Part shown: piece by piece, positions 27,101 through 39,143 of the stretch
Numbering within the stretch: the stretch's first letter is position 1
Layout: every line of letters begins with the position of its first letter
Assembly (NCBI GenBank): GCA_051294905.1
Contig: CM119372.1
Coordinates: 8,744,001 to 8,808,000, forward strand
Length of the DNA: 64,000 bases
Direction of reading: 5' to 3'
Source of the DNA: Botryllus schlosseri
Taxonomy: Eukaryota
Notes under the pieces: generated by a model
The model's database searches: none
Told to the model about the DNA's origin: nothing
Seen by the model: only the letters and a program-made list of their open reading frames with translations
Program-made: the position numbers and the translations under genes

Positions 27101-30100
27101 GTGAGCGTGAATTGTGATGTACGCAAGTTGGTGATGTTTTCACTTTCGGTGTATTTAATAATGTATTCGGGGTATGGGGTAGGTTAGGATTAGGATCAGA
27201 GGCCGCCAAGTGCCGAATTCACCAAGCGCCAGCCAAATTCTCCCTCAATGCAGAATTCTCTGGTAACCCAATGCATACCCCTACTTTCATCGCTAGCGTT
27301 TGAGTCTCGCTAAACTGCAGATACATTTTCCAGGTTCCCCCGCTTTCAACGCGCCTCGCGTCGACAGTCACTTGTACAAAAAGCAAGAGAGACCGGACCG
27401 TTTACCCGCGTCCACGCGTCCCACATCCGACCCGCCCGGCATGGACTACCTGGACATGGAAGGCGCCGAAGTCGAGGTGGTCCGCAAGCCTGAAAACGCT
27501 ATTTCCTACCGCGGTCACCCTTCCCTCGACGTGATCCGGGACAACGACGTCGCCGAAAAGTTAAGCCCCAATTTTCCCTCCGGTCCACCGCCTCTGCCAC
27601 CCGGCAGTATGCGGTCGCCCCTGCCTGGCCCAGTCGCACCACCCGATCCTTTGAGAGATACGAAGCCGGACCGGTTTAAGAAGCGGCCTCGTTCGCAAGG
27701 TCCCAGTTACACAGCGGCAGAGAATATTCGGTCCAACGTGGATGAGGTTCCGGACTGCGGACATGATCCGATCTATGACGTAGTGCCTAGTAAGTAAACC
27801 AGGTCTATTGTTATCACTGAATAAGTAGTTTTTATGGTTCTGACGAATGTTTCTTAGAAGTTATTAACCTGGTGAAGCCTTGCAAATCTGAAGCCAAATT
27901 TTTGCCTACCCACGAAAATAAAAATCCGCCATCTTGCACACTATCTAGTACAGAGGCTCTCAACCTTATGTTTTTGTGGATCTTATTTGGACTGTCATGG
28001 ACCCTGCGGATCCCTCCGAAGTTTTACTTCAAATTTAACTCAATTTCTGTCTTGTGCAAATATCAACTGCAGGCTAGTGATAAACAGCAACAAAATGACT
28101 TCTTGAAATTAACATCATACTATTGAGTATTGAGGTAGAAATTTGATAGGCTTTCATTATTTCAAAACGAATTCTGCAACTGTGTCTTGAAAATTCGCCC
28201 CTTTGGTTTGATATGAACGACGGCTGCCGAAAAATGTCAAACGCCCCTGACGCAGTGACACGGATCTTTATCTTGCTGCCAATTTTTTTACCCAGTTGCA
28301 GCTGGTCGAGCGGTCGTTACTGTCAACCAACGTATTTTGCAGATGATCAAAAGCCGTCGACAAATTTAGTTGTGCCGATATCGCCTGCAGCAAGATCCAA
28401 GCTTTTGGATTCCGAGCCGTTGTACCAGGTGAAATTCAGTTGATGGGGATTGCGCGTGCTACCCGGTCGTTTCTATCGTCAACCATTTGAGAGACATGAT
28501 GATTGATCATTTTTTCTCATCGATCTGTGAATACGTGCGGTTTAAATGTGGGAAATATGACTGTGACCGCAGCGCTCTTTGTGACATTTTACTAAATCTT
28601 TGTCCGATTGATATTTATTTGCTGTAGTATTCTTCAGCCGTATCAGTTGCATTTGCTTACGCTTTACTCGCATACCGTATATATCTATGTTCATGAAGAA
28701 AATAATGAATCAAAGTTGAAGGGCAGTTATAAAATGGAAACTTGAGATTTTGATTCACATTATATACCGAAATAATTTTGAATCCTAAATTTTTAGCATG
28801 TAAGCCAGGGTTAGGTATGGCTTTAAAGACGTTGGTGCTTTGCTATTTCGTTCTTCATTTCCAAGTTTTTTTGATTTCAGGAATACCGAAGGAGAACGCT
28901 CTCTCATGCTTCGATGAGAGTGAGACGCAACCAGTCTACAAAACGGACCGGCGCCTCGGTAAAAGATGACAACGGTAAGAACATTTTTTTAGCATACGAT
29001 ACAGACGTGAAACTTGATATTTTCTGGCTACCGTATCAGTCAAATCGTAGCGGATTCCCAGTTTTAATGGCTCGGCGCGCTGCACTTTGCCTTGGTGATC
29101 TGTAAAACTTATGTGACAATGCTAACCGTGTGAACAAGCGCTATTACGCTGCCTGAATTGCGCAGATATGTAAAATATGTTGATCATATCTCACGCATTT
29201 GGTCTGCGACTTCAAAGAATCTGTGATATGCATTGCAAGAAAGTATCTGGCTAGAGATCGGGTATGCCAGCGTCTGACAGAGACATGCCTTCCGTAATTG
29301 GGAGTGTGCGGTTTGTTTTTGACTGAGAAGGCAGCTGTGGTTTTATCATGCACACTGCGCTATCTTGCCTCAACGCCAACTGGAATCTTGAAATGGTTGC
29401 AGTTGTGGCTGGGCTCAATGACTTGAATCGAATAGCGAGAGATTATTTTTCGGGTACTATACGTCCTCTAGCCAAGGACAGCTGTATTATCAACGAGAAT
29501 TGTAGTTTCGATGCTTTTTCCTTGACGTGGAAGCCTTGAAACCTCGATTGGTCATATCGCTGCATACGAAACATAAAGTACAAAGCTTCGCACTTTAGTG
29601 GGAATAACAAATCTGTGAGGTCATGATTAACCCATATCATTCTCATCAAGTCCAATGAAATAGGCATGGTTGGAAAAAATATCAAATTATATTTATGTGA
29701 CGTAGAACTGGCTTTATTTTGTTTGTGGTCATATAAAAGGTGCATATTTGAACTATCCACATCATTCATACTATAAAGATACCATAATGAGTTGCAGTAC
29801 GACGTTAAGAATTTTCTGCGCTTTGTCCAAGTTAATATTCGCTTATATCTCGGCAATCCGACTGCATGGCCTTTTCCATATCTGCCTTTGTGTCGGCATG
29901 TTCTTTTTATCTCGGCAGCTCCTGCGGAGCAAAACGACAACGGCTGGCAGAGCGATTTGATGACGGACGACGCAGGGACCACTACTTTGTGGAGGGAAGT
30001 GAAAGAAGTCATGGAGAGAGGAGTGGGGGAGAATCTCAGTAATGAAGAGATGAAGTTGCAACAGGTGGGTGTGTTATTTTTCGACTCTGCTCGCGGCTCG

Positions 30101-33100
30101 AAATAACTAGGCTCTGTATCGCTATAACTACCTATATATTCGAAGATTGCTGTTATTTGTAAGTGACATAGGTCATTTCGAGTTAGTCGCAAAGATGCAT
30201 GTTCCAATTTCAATAGTAGCCACCTCTGACACATTGCTAAATGTACAAATATACTTTTTTACGCTGTTTACTTAGTGCTACCTTTCAATTTCTACTTCCA
30301 CTTGAAGTAATTTCAACATGGTTTGGAAATTGCTAGTTTTATTTGTAATTAAGTAGAAAATGATATAGTTACATATACTTTAGAAGCGACGATACTTTGA
30401 CCACCTCTTCGTAAAAACTGCGAATTATTTCTCTCGGTTCAATACCATATACATTGTACAAGCATTACATTCAGCTTGATTATAACCCCGTGCCATTTGC
30501 GATTAGCGTTTCACAAACCTGGTTTACTTTCGCAGGCACAATTCGAAGTGGTGACTTCTCAAGCGTCCTACATGCGAAGTCTGAATATTTTGATCGACCA
30601 TTTCATGAACGATGCGGAAATGCAGGACCCCACCGTTTTGTCCAAGAAACAGAAGAAGGATCTTTTTTCCAATATTGTGGACGTTCGCAAAATCGAGCAA
30701 GCGTAAGAATGGGTTTAGTGTGTTGAGATAATGTTGCAAGCTACTCTATTAAATACAAGAGCATCGACTCTCGTATGGCTTAAGCTCGTCGTTCTGCAGT
30801 CGGGACTTACATGTAGGGGACTCTTGATGCACCTCATTAGTTGCAAGTGACTGCTCTACCAGAGCACTTTCATTGGTATAATGATATTCATTCGACTACT
30901 ATGGATATAGAGGTCTATGAGCCTATGTGCAATTCCATTGCATTGATTGCGGATTAGAAAAAATTTAAATTTGCATTGCCGAGGACGTCGTGTTCATGCG
31001 TAGCAAAATTATATATTTTCAAACTTCACCCGTACTTTGAAAATTTTCAGTTCTAAATCAGTTATACAAAAAACTTGTATTTTGTATATTGACTCAATGC
31101 ATGGCAACGCGTCCACCTGTAGCACCGGAAGATAATTCACATTTTTCATCAGCTCTTAACAGATTATCTGACATTTATATTTGAGTGCGAGTCACTCCTT
31201 ATTACATGCAACCTTTATTCTGGTTTACTTTTTATTTTTACTAGACCTAGTGTACAGTCGTGTAGTGTAACAATGAAGTATTGCTTTGTACGGTGCTCTT
31301 TAAATAATCATTATTATTATCATTGTATATATGTGTTCATGATGGATGATAGATCAGTCTATGATATCTCTGAACAAATAAGAAATTGAACGACCTTTCT
31401 TTGTATTGTCTTAGGTTCCTTCAAGAGATCGAACAGCACTTTTGGTCCGAGCTGCGCCTAACCGACATCGCAAAGATCACCGCCAAGTACGCCACCGCCG
31501 ATTTCGAAGTGTACGTACGTTACGTCCAAAATCAAGTCTATCAGGATCGAATTTTAACAGATTTGCAGTACGTTGTTTTGTTAGGCAAACTGTCACCATT
31601 ATCTACAAATCTATTTCTTTCGCACAGACGAAATAACGACCGTTTCGCCATCGAGTTGGGGCGTCTCGAGTCGTCGCCATCGTGCAACAAGCTGCCGCTA
31701 TTGTCCTTTCTGCTATTGCCGATGCAACGGGTGACCCGGTTGCCTCTTCTGATTTCAGCCATCGTGAACCAGGCCGACGCGGCCGGCGATACGGACGCGC
31801 GCAACTCGGCAAAAGACGCATTGGTCGTCGTCAATAAGGTACTGTTTGTAGTGACCTTTCAAGGAAATTATAGATGAACCTGCTTGATAGCTTTCCAGCA
31901 GGGTTGTAATGGCTTGAGTCTCAACTTTACGTTGACTCGATCAAGTCGTATGACTGACACATTCTGTATCACTTATCCAAGTACTTGTATATCAGGTCCG
32001 ATAGCCCCCAGAAACTGTCTTGAGTCTGTTTGAATAAACATCTTTAGAGTGTGAAGAATGAGTATATTATGAATCAGAGGTCTTCGATATCACCCCAGAC
32101 TCACAAAAGTCGGTTGAACCTGACTTGAACTCGATGCTGAACAGTAAACACTACGACTTGGAGTCGGACTTGACTTGGTGGTGAATTGACAATGACTCGA
32201 CTGGACTCCAGTCAAAACTACAAAAGTCAAATTGACTTGTGACTCGGAACCTTGTGACTTGGTTACAACCATGCTTTTTTAAGATTTTATTAACTAAAAT
32301 TTGGCTAAAATCAACTACAAGTAAGACGTGCTTTTCCAAGCACAGACAGAATCCACAAAACGAAGTAAACTAATTACAGTAATCAGCATCAAGTGTCTTA
32401 AGCAATCACCACACTGCGTGAATTGAGATTTCGGGATATTTGTCGCTAAGCATGGATCACTCCGACTATAATATTTTCGGTGTCTACGTGTTTGAAAGTA
32501 CCATATGATCCCAAATGAAGCCAGGATGAAAATGTAGGGGCGAATGATTTTCAACGATGTCTTGATGTCATTGATCCATTGTGATGCAGTAAAACCATTA
32601 AAGTTAACAATGCCCATGTCTAGAATTGGGCTTTTTTGAAGGCGCCTTCGGTCCCCCGGCTTTACCAAAACACAATTGAATACATCAACAAAACTCTTCT
32701 GGTGCCGGATTAGGTGCATGGTGCAGCTAGCCAGGGTTGTAATGACTCGAGTCATGACTCGACTCGAGTCAGACTTGTGTCACAATTTTCTGATGACTCG
32801 ACTTGACTCGAGTCATTTTCTCAAAATACGGAAATGACTCGACTTGACTCGAGTCAAAACTATAAAAGTGAGATTGACTTGTGACTTGGAGCCTTGTGAC
32901 TTGGTGACGACCCTGCAGCTAGCTTTCCTTTTGACTCTATATTTTTTACATTTTCATTGTCAGCTTGTGAAAAAATGCAACGAGGGAGCCCGTAAAATGC
33001 AGCAGGTCGAGCAGCTCGCGGAAATCGCGAAAGACTTGAAATTTGCGAGCAACGTCAAGACCTACGCGCTCGTGTCGCACTCCAGGCTCGTCATGTCTCG

Positions 33101-36100
33101 AGATTGCAAATTTTCGATTTTTTTCAACCATTTTTTTACCATTTGCAAACAGGTCGTTGGTCAAAAAGGGCGAGATGAACGCGACGATAATCGTGGAGAA
33201 CAGGAAACCGAAATCCATGAAACTCTACCTGCTGTTGTTCACCGACGTGCTGCTGCTTGCGAAAAAGAAAACGTTAGTGTTAGCCTGTGGCATGCGTTTG
33301 CGCAAAAGGTTTCGAAATTTCCAGGATGCTATCCGCCAAAAATATGTTTGGTTGTATGCCAAGTTCTACCGTACTCGAGCGAATCCGTAATGCGCTGCGG
33401 TATCGTGATTCCAAATATTAAAAAGTTATTTCTATCCCGGCGTGATGTCCCGTTGTTTATGGCGGTCAAGAAAAATTGAATAGAAAAGAATATTCAAAAT
33501 TTCTTTATTCGTAGGACACATGTGAAAGCGACATGCCCAGAAAATAATAATTTCATCTTTTTGTTGTATCTGCAAGTCGACAACAGAGGTGGCTGAGACT
33601 GACAGATCTGTAACATGTTCCCAGTTAATTTTACATGTGACAGTTACTTTCTTTTAGCGGAAATGCCCATGCCCTAGCATATTCCGCTTCCACATCACTA
33701 AATCCGTTTTGTGTATTCCGCTACCCCGACTAATATTTTCAGAATCTCGAGTATCGTCAGCGATAACACATTGTCTTACAGCATGCAGAGGTAGGATACG
33801 TGTTGTAACCGCAAGTGACGCCCGACAAGCTGGTCCCAGGCAACAACTAGTTTGAGATATCCGCCTCGTTTGTAGATTTCTCGATTCCGTTTCTGGCGCG
33901 AAATACGAAGTTATCGACTGGGCGAAGCGCGCGATGCTGTTTGTGAACGAAAGGGCAGTTTCGGAAAGCGAAATCTTCCTCGTACTTATGGAGAATTGTA
34001 ACTCGAAACGAGTCGAGCTAACTCTGTCGCCCATGTCCATGTGAGTACCGACTGGAACGGCGGCAGACCAGGTGCAGCCAAGCTTTGAGTCTTTGGCGCT
34101 AGACTACGGTTGCTGCGTTTCAGAGAAATTACGCTATACGAGTAGTCGTGTACTGGAGAAGGCAATAATGAATTTGTTTTTGTGGCCCATTTTTGTTTGT
34201 TAGTTGAGAAAGCTTAGTCTGTTTCGCTCAAAGCTTATCACTCTTTCTTATGATCGTAGTGTTACCTTTTAACGCTTGAGTGTGCATGTGTGCAACCGGC
34301 AGCCGCCACCACGATGCATCATCAGTGGTAAAATGAGATTCTAGTTTTGCATTTCAACTACGGTAATCTCAAGCGGGCGAAATGCAGGGACAAAAACATT
34401 TAGATTATTCATATGTGTGATTACTTTGATACGGTAATAAAAATTTTGAAAAAATGTTGTAGTCCGACATCAAATTTTATCCCGTCATCACGTCTTGATG
34501 AGATGCCACTTGTCTTGCCACTAGCAGAAAACCTATGTGCGACCCTCGGCTTCACCGCATCATTGTTGAAACAGAGATCCGTTTGTCTAAATCAGTGGTT
34601 CCCAACGTGGGCGACTTGGCGGTCTAGGGGGGCGAAAATAACGAAGGGGGCGAAAACGGGCGAAAAGAATGAAGGGGGTGATAGGGGGCGATGGCACGTT
34701 AAAACAGCTATAGTGGAGTTGGGACCGAAACTACCGCACCCCGAACCCCCCAAGTGTGGGTGAGGGGCCCGAAATCGAAGGAAGCCCAAAATTATTTCGT
34801 GAATTAACATGAATGATAGAGTAATTTTTAGAAATTCATGCGACTTTTTCAAAAATTTTTCGCGCTGCACGCGATTTAATGCTTTCATGTATCTTGATGT
34901 TGGGGTCCCCGTCACCCAACAAAAATACGCATGATTTATGGAAATGGGAGACTTCGGCGTCGGCCATTACTGCGCCACGACGCACCAAGACATATGAAGC
35001 TAGAGGCCATGTAACATGCGACTCCGAGAAGTGTGCCAGAACGATCAGCAGCGAGAAGACCTTGGCCGAAAAGGAATGCCCTTGTGCTGACCGAAAACTT
35101 CGATATGTATACATATATGTTTAATTGTCCATAGGCGCCTCAATGGCTGGCGTCGAATGTTCCTGTCCTGGCGACCTTAACCCTACAGGACAAATGCCAT
35201 CCCGCAAGGAAAAAATTATTTGCCAGTAAAGAAATACCGATATGAAATCATGTGCGTCTTTTAGTTTGGTACGTTTTGACGATTTCCATATCTTCTGACA
35301 TAGTAGATATAGGAGGTCACGAAATAGCATCATGTAAAGTAGTCAATATAACAACGATTCCGCCTGAAGATGTTTAATTATTATGTAGGGGACCTACCTT
35401 TTCCAACATACCACATCGACCATATTGACCGATTCAAACATGAATTATGTAAATTTGTCGCGCTGCGCGCGTTTAGGCGAAATACGGTGACTCACCAAAC
35501 AGTACATGAAATAGGGTATAGCTGATATGAAGCAACAAAAAGCCCACTGGCTGAGGGGGGTCCGGGATTTGGTTTATCACCCCATGGGGCCAAAGACCAA
35601 CGTTTTTTTCGGGGGGGGGCTGACGAAGTGCTGTTTTTCGGTTCCCAATATTTGGGGGGCGATGATCGGTGTGGAGCTTCAAAAGGGGGCGATGAGTCGA
35701 AAAAGGTTGGGAACCGCTGGCCTAAATGGTTGCACAGCCCGGGCAACATCTATATTTGCTGTAGTAAACAGAACACCGTCCATAGTGTACTTACGAGTTA
35801 ATATAATGTCGCAATTCGCAATTTATTGAAATCAAATTCTTTTCAGTAACGAACTGTCTCGGTGGACCGACGCTTTGAGTCCGAAGCACGCCAGCGAGTT
35901 CGAGGACAGCATTTACGAGTCCTGGGGTAGGTCGCGACAAATATTTTTCAACTCCCATTGCCGGGCAATGTATCGCTCGTGTTTTTGCAGACTGCCCGCA
36001 GTATCAATGTGTCGAGCCTTACGACGCAATGCAGCCTGATGAACTGACTCTCGACGTCGGAGATATTATGAGAGTGTTGAGGAAGACCAGGGATGGTATG

Positions 36101-39100
36101 TGTAGGAATATACGCGATATTTTTGTAGTACTGTCCGTGTCCGTATATGAATTCCGATATATTACAATTTGACGGACAGATGAAACTCATGACCTTTTTA
36201 TTTAGTTGACACACACAGTTCATGTAGTGTGATCTGCAGGGCTGTAATGACTCTAGTCGCTATTCAAATGCGTAAAATGACTCAACTCGAGTCAATTTTT
36301 GTATTGACTCGACTTGTACTCGAGTCATTGTGCATGACTCGAACCAAGTCATGTGACTCGAGACTAGGACGACCTAAACCAGTGATTCCCAACCGCGGCC
36401 CGCAGCTAGCCTTCTTGCGGCCCTCACAAAATATTAAGAAATCGAGTATTGACAAAAAATAAAATATTATATTTTTAAAATGCACATACTTGGCTTGAAG
36501 TCTGGAGTTTTTAATCGGGATTGCAGAAAAGTTGTGAGTAGACCGCTAACGTTACGTCGCTGCTGTTTCAATGCAATGTGCCCTAACTTTCCAGTTGAAC
36601 GAGCAGTAGCTACAGATCATATAGGTATAGACATGACCATAACTGCGGCATGCCACACCCTCCAATCGGGGGGGGGGGGACACCTCAGCTAGCTCTACCG
36701 ATAAATCTGATTACGTGAGCAGAGAGGACAAGAAATTGATAGCAATATGTATGAAATTCCCGATCTTATTTACCGATTTTATCATAAGTTATCGAAAATT
36801 TCGCGCTGGCTCACTTAACGGTACAGCTAATTTCGTGGTAAAAGCGAACAAGGTGATAGGGATACGGTTTTCAACCTATGGGAGCCCAAGACCAAAGTTT
36901 TTTGGGGGGAGGGGGGCTCACGAAGTGCTCTTTCGTTCCTGCCAACGGATATACGCCCGGAGATGTTTAATTATTATTGAGGGGTCCTACTTTTTCAAAC
37001 ACACCTCCCTCGGCTCTACCTGTAAAACTGATTACGTGAGCAGAGAGAGGATAAAAATGGATAGCAATATATATGCGATTCCCCATCATATTGACCGATT
37101 CAATTATGAATTACAGAAAATTTCCGCGCTTGGCGCGTCCAGGCAATAAAAGCTAACTCACTAAACGGCCCCGAAAGCAGCATAATTGGTAGTCCTACAG
37201 CTCACGACCCAAGCGTCTGAATAATTTGAAAGCTACTGTCGCACTGATTCCAAAAATACGAATTGAAATCTCGTCAGGGCAATAAAACTGCTCCGGAATA
37301 GCCAACAAAGTCGATTGTTCTGAACAGTGGGAGCGCAGCAACACAATTACCATAACAATTAACCCTTACGAGGTGGGGCCATATTTTGCAGAATTGACCT
37401 TCACTTTTCAAATTCTCACCGTTACCCCACCAGGACTTGAAAATCTGGGCCGTTCCAGTTTAAAAGTGGGCGGAGTATAGCCCTATACCGATTCCACTCT
37501 TGATCGACACCCCATGACATGCCTGAGGTTTTTTAATAAGTTTAAATAAACAAGCTTTTCCCCCAAAAAAATCTCTCTCAATTTTCAAGACTGACCCTCA
37601 GGATGGCGTCAGAGAGAGGAATATGATGCTTCAGTGCGTAGCCACTGTTGCCTGGTTTCAAACAAGCCGTCAACCATGGTTGCAAGCCGCGCGGTTCGTC
37701 AGATATCGAAAAATGGGAAATACATATAAAATTTAAAAATGGGCGTGGTCAGTGAGTGTTCATCAAGGTCAAGTTCATGATCAAGACTCAATCGGCCCCT
37801 ACAGTCCGGTTTATGGCATAAAACAACGCGATATGCTTTCTTTTCTCATATCCAACCATTTGCAGGCATAGTAAACCGCTTTATGACTCATATGCCGACT
37901 GAATTTGCATTTGAACTTGACCTAGATCTTGAAATTCACTGAAGCGTGACAAAAATTTACAAATCCCCCTCAGAAAACTCTCCAGAAAACGTTTTGATGT
38001 TTGAAACGGTGAAAATTTACACAGAAACCCGTACATGTCGACTTCTGATGTTCTGGCAGATTTTCCGACAATATTTCCCACTCGGAAAATATCCGGAAGT
38101 TTTAGGTGATAGCCATATTTTATTTTATTTTTAATTTTTTGTTTATTTTTACAAACCAAAATTTTTGAGTAAGGTACCAAATACATCGGAAATGTCTCAG
38201 CTTTTCAAAAAACGTAGTACCCGATGTCTAGGGCATGTCAACATGGAGAAATCGGTGTCGGAGACATGCCATATCATATATGATACGCCCACCTCGTAAG
38301 GGTTAATCGCCAATGGCTTCGAGCGATTGATCGGAACAATGCCAATTTTCATATTTTGATGACTATTTCGGGTCCGTTTCATTGCCCTAGTATTAGTGCG
38401 GCCCCGACCGTACTCTGAAATTCTAAATTTGGCCCCGACACCGAAAAAGGTTGGGAACCATTGGCCTAAACAGACACTTCATTGTAACTTCGAAGAATAG
38501 TGAAGTCACCACATTATTGGTATTTCGTATATCAGTTCTGATACTTAGACTGTTAGGACTGAGGAAAAATACGATATTATGAATGCGAGTCATTCTATAT
38601 CACTCGAGCAGAGTTGAAGAAGTGGGTTGAAGCGGATTAAATTCAACACTGAACAGCGAACATAATTACTTGGACTCGGACTCGGCCCTCTACTAGCTGA
38701 CTTGACTCGGTGGTGAATTGAAAATGGCTCGACTTGACTCGAGTCAATCAAAACTATAAAAGTAAGATTGACTTGACTTGGTTACAACCCTGTTGACCTC
38801 GCAGGGCTGCAACTTTGAAAGGTGCACCAATCCAAAAATGGTTGGAAGTGCGCCTGCCCTAAAAAAATAAAATTTGGCTCAATTTCGAGCAGTAGAATCC
38901 GAGAAAAAACAAATTGTAAGTTCGAGCTATTAATAATATTTATTGTGGTAAGTCGAGTTCCATGCCATCTTTAGAATGCCGATTGCGTTTTCAGACTGGC
39001 TCGAAGGCGAACGGCTCCGGGACAACGAGAGTGGCTGGTTCCCCGCCAAAAACTGCGAGGAGATCGACGACGAGCACGTCCGCGCGCGCAATCTGCGCAA

Positions 39101-39143
39101 CCTCTACCGAATCATACCGCAAGGCGCCGAAGCGGCCACGTGA
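15153..39143 (+). CDS. Ephexin-family Rho guanine nucleotide exchange factor (DH-PH-SH3; ARHGEF16/ARHGEF26/NGEF-like), 22 exons, ~1572 aa
   Basis: Exons 15153-15589, 16750-17312, 17844-18484, 19271-19367, 19737-20025, 20641-20746, 22824-23101, 26250-26301, 26387-26588, 27334-27789, 28343-28428, 28881-28974, 29919-30064, 30536-30702, 31415-31567, 31628-31838, 32964-33085, 33153-33272, 33876-34040, 35847-35926, 35991-36095, 38995-39143. All phases are compatible (4719 nt). Motifs: [66 protein letters not shown]3 QPDELTL..GWFP, RARNLR. The 3' half is more secure than the joining of exons 1-10. Confidence 0.88.
15677..16132. mobile_element. intronic hAT (Charlie-like) MITE
   Basis: TIRs cagtggttctcaac/gttgagaaccactg; perfect TSD cactagac. 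Confidence 0.85.
23954..25343. mobile_element. intronic hAT element with a nested MITE (24282-24742)
   Basis: TIRs cagtggccgggaacc/ggttcccgaccactg; perfect TSD ctgtagag. Confidence 0.85.
32732..32915. mobile_element. 184-bp internally deleted GACTCGAGTC-family MITE
   Basis: TIRs cagggttg/cgaccctg; perfect TSD cagctagc at 32724-32731 and 32916-32923. Confidence 0.85.
34593..35719. mobile_element. intronic hAT (Charlie-like) element
   Basis: TIRs cagtggttcccaac/gttgggaaccgctg; TSD gtctaaat/gcctaaat. Confidence 0.8.
36380..38463. mobile_element. hAT element nested in a GACTCGAGTC MITE (36237-38792)
   Basis: TIRs cagtgattcccaacc/ggttgggaaccattg; TSD acctaaac/gcctaaac. Confidence 0.8.
37363..38302. 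mobile_element. non-autonomous piggyBac-type element
   Basis: Perfect 15-bp TIRs cccttacgaggtggg/cccacctcgtaaggg with TTAA on both sides. Confidence 0.9.

Noticed and set aside
29443..30234. 263-aa minus-strand ORF
   Set aside because: It is antisense to a RhoGEF exon and a MITE fragment, and has no recognisable motifs.
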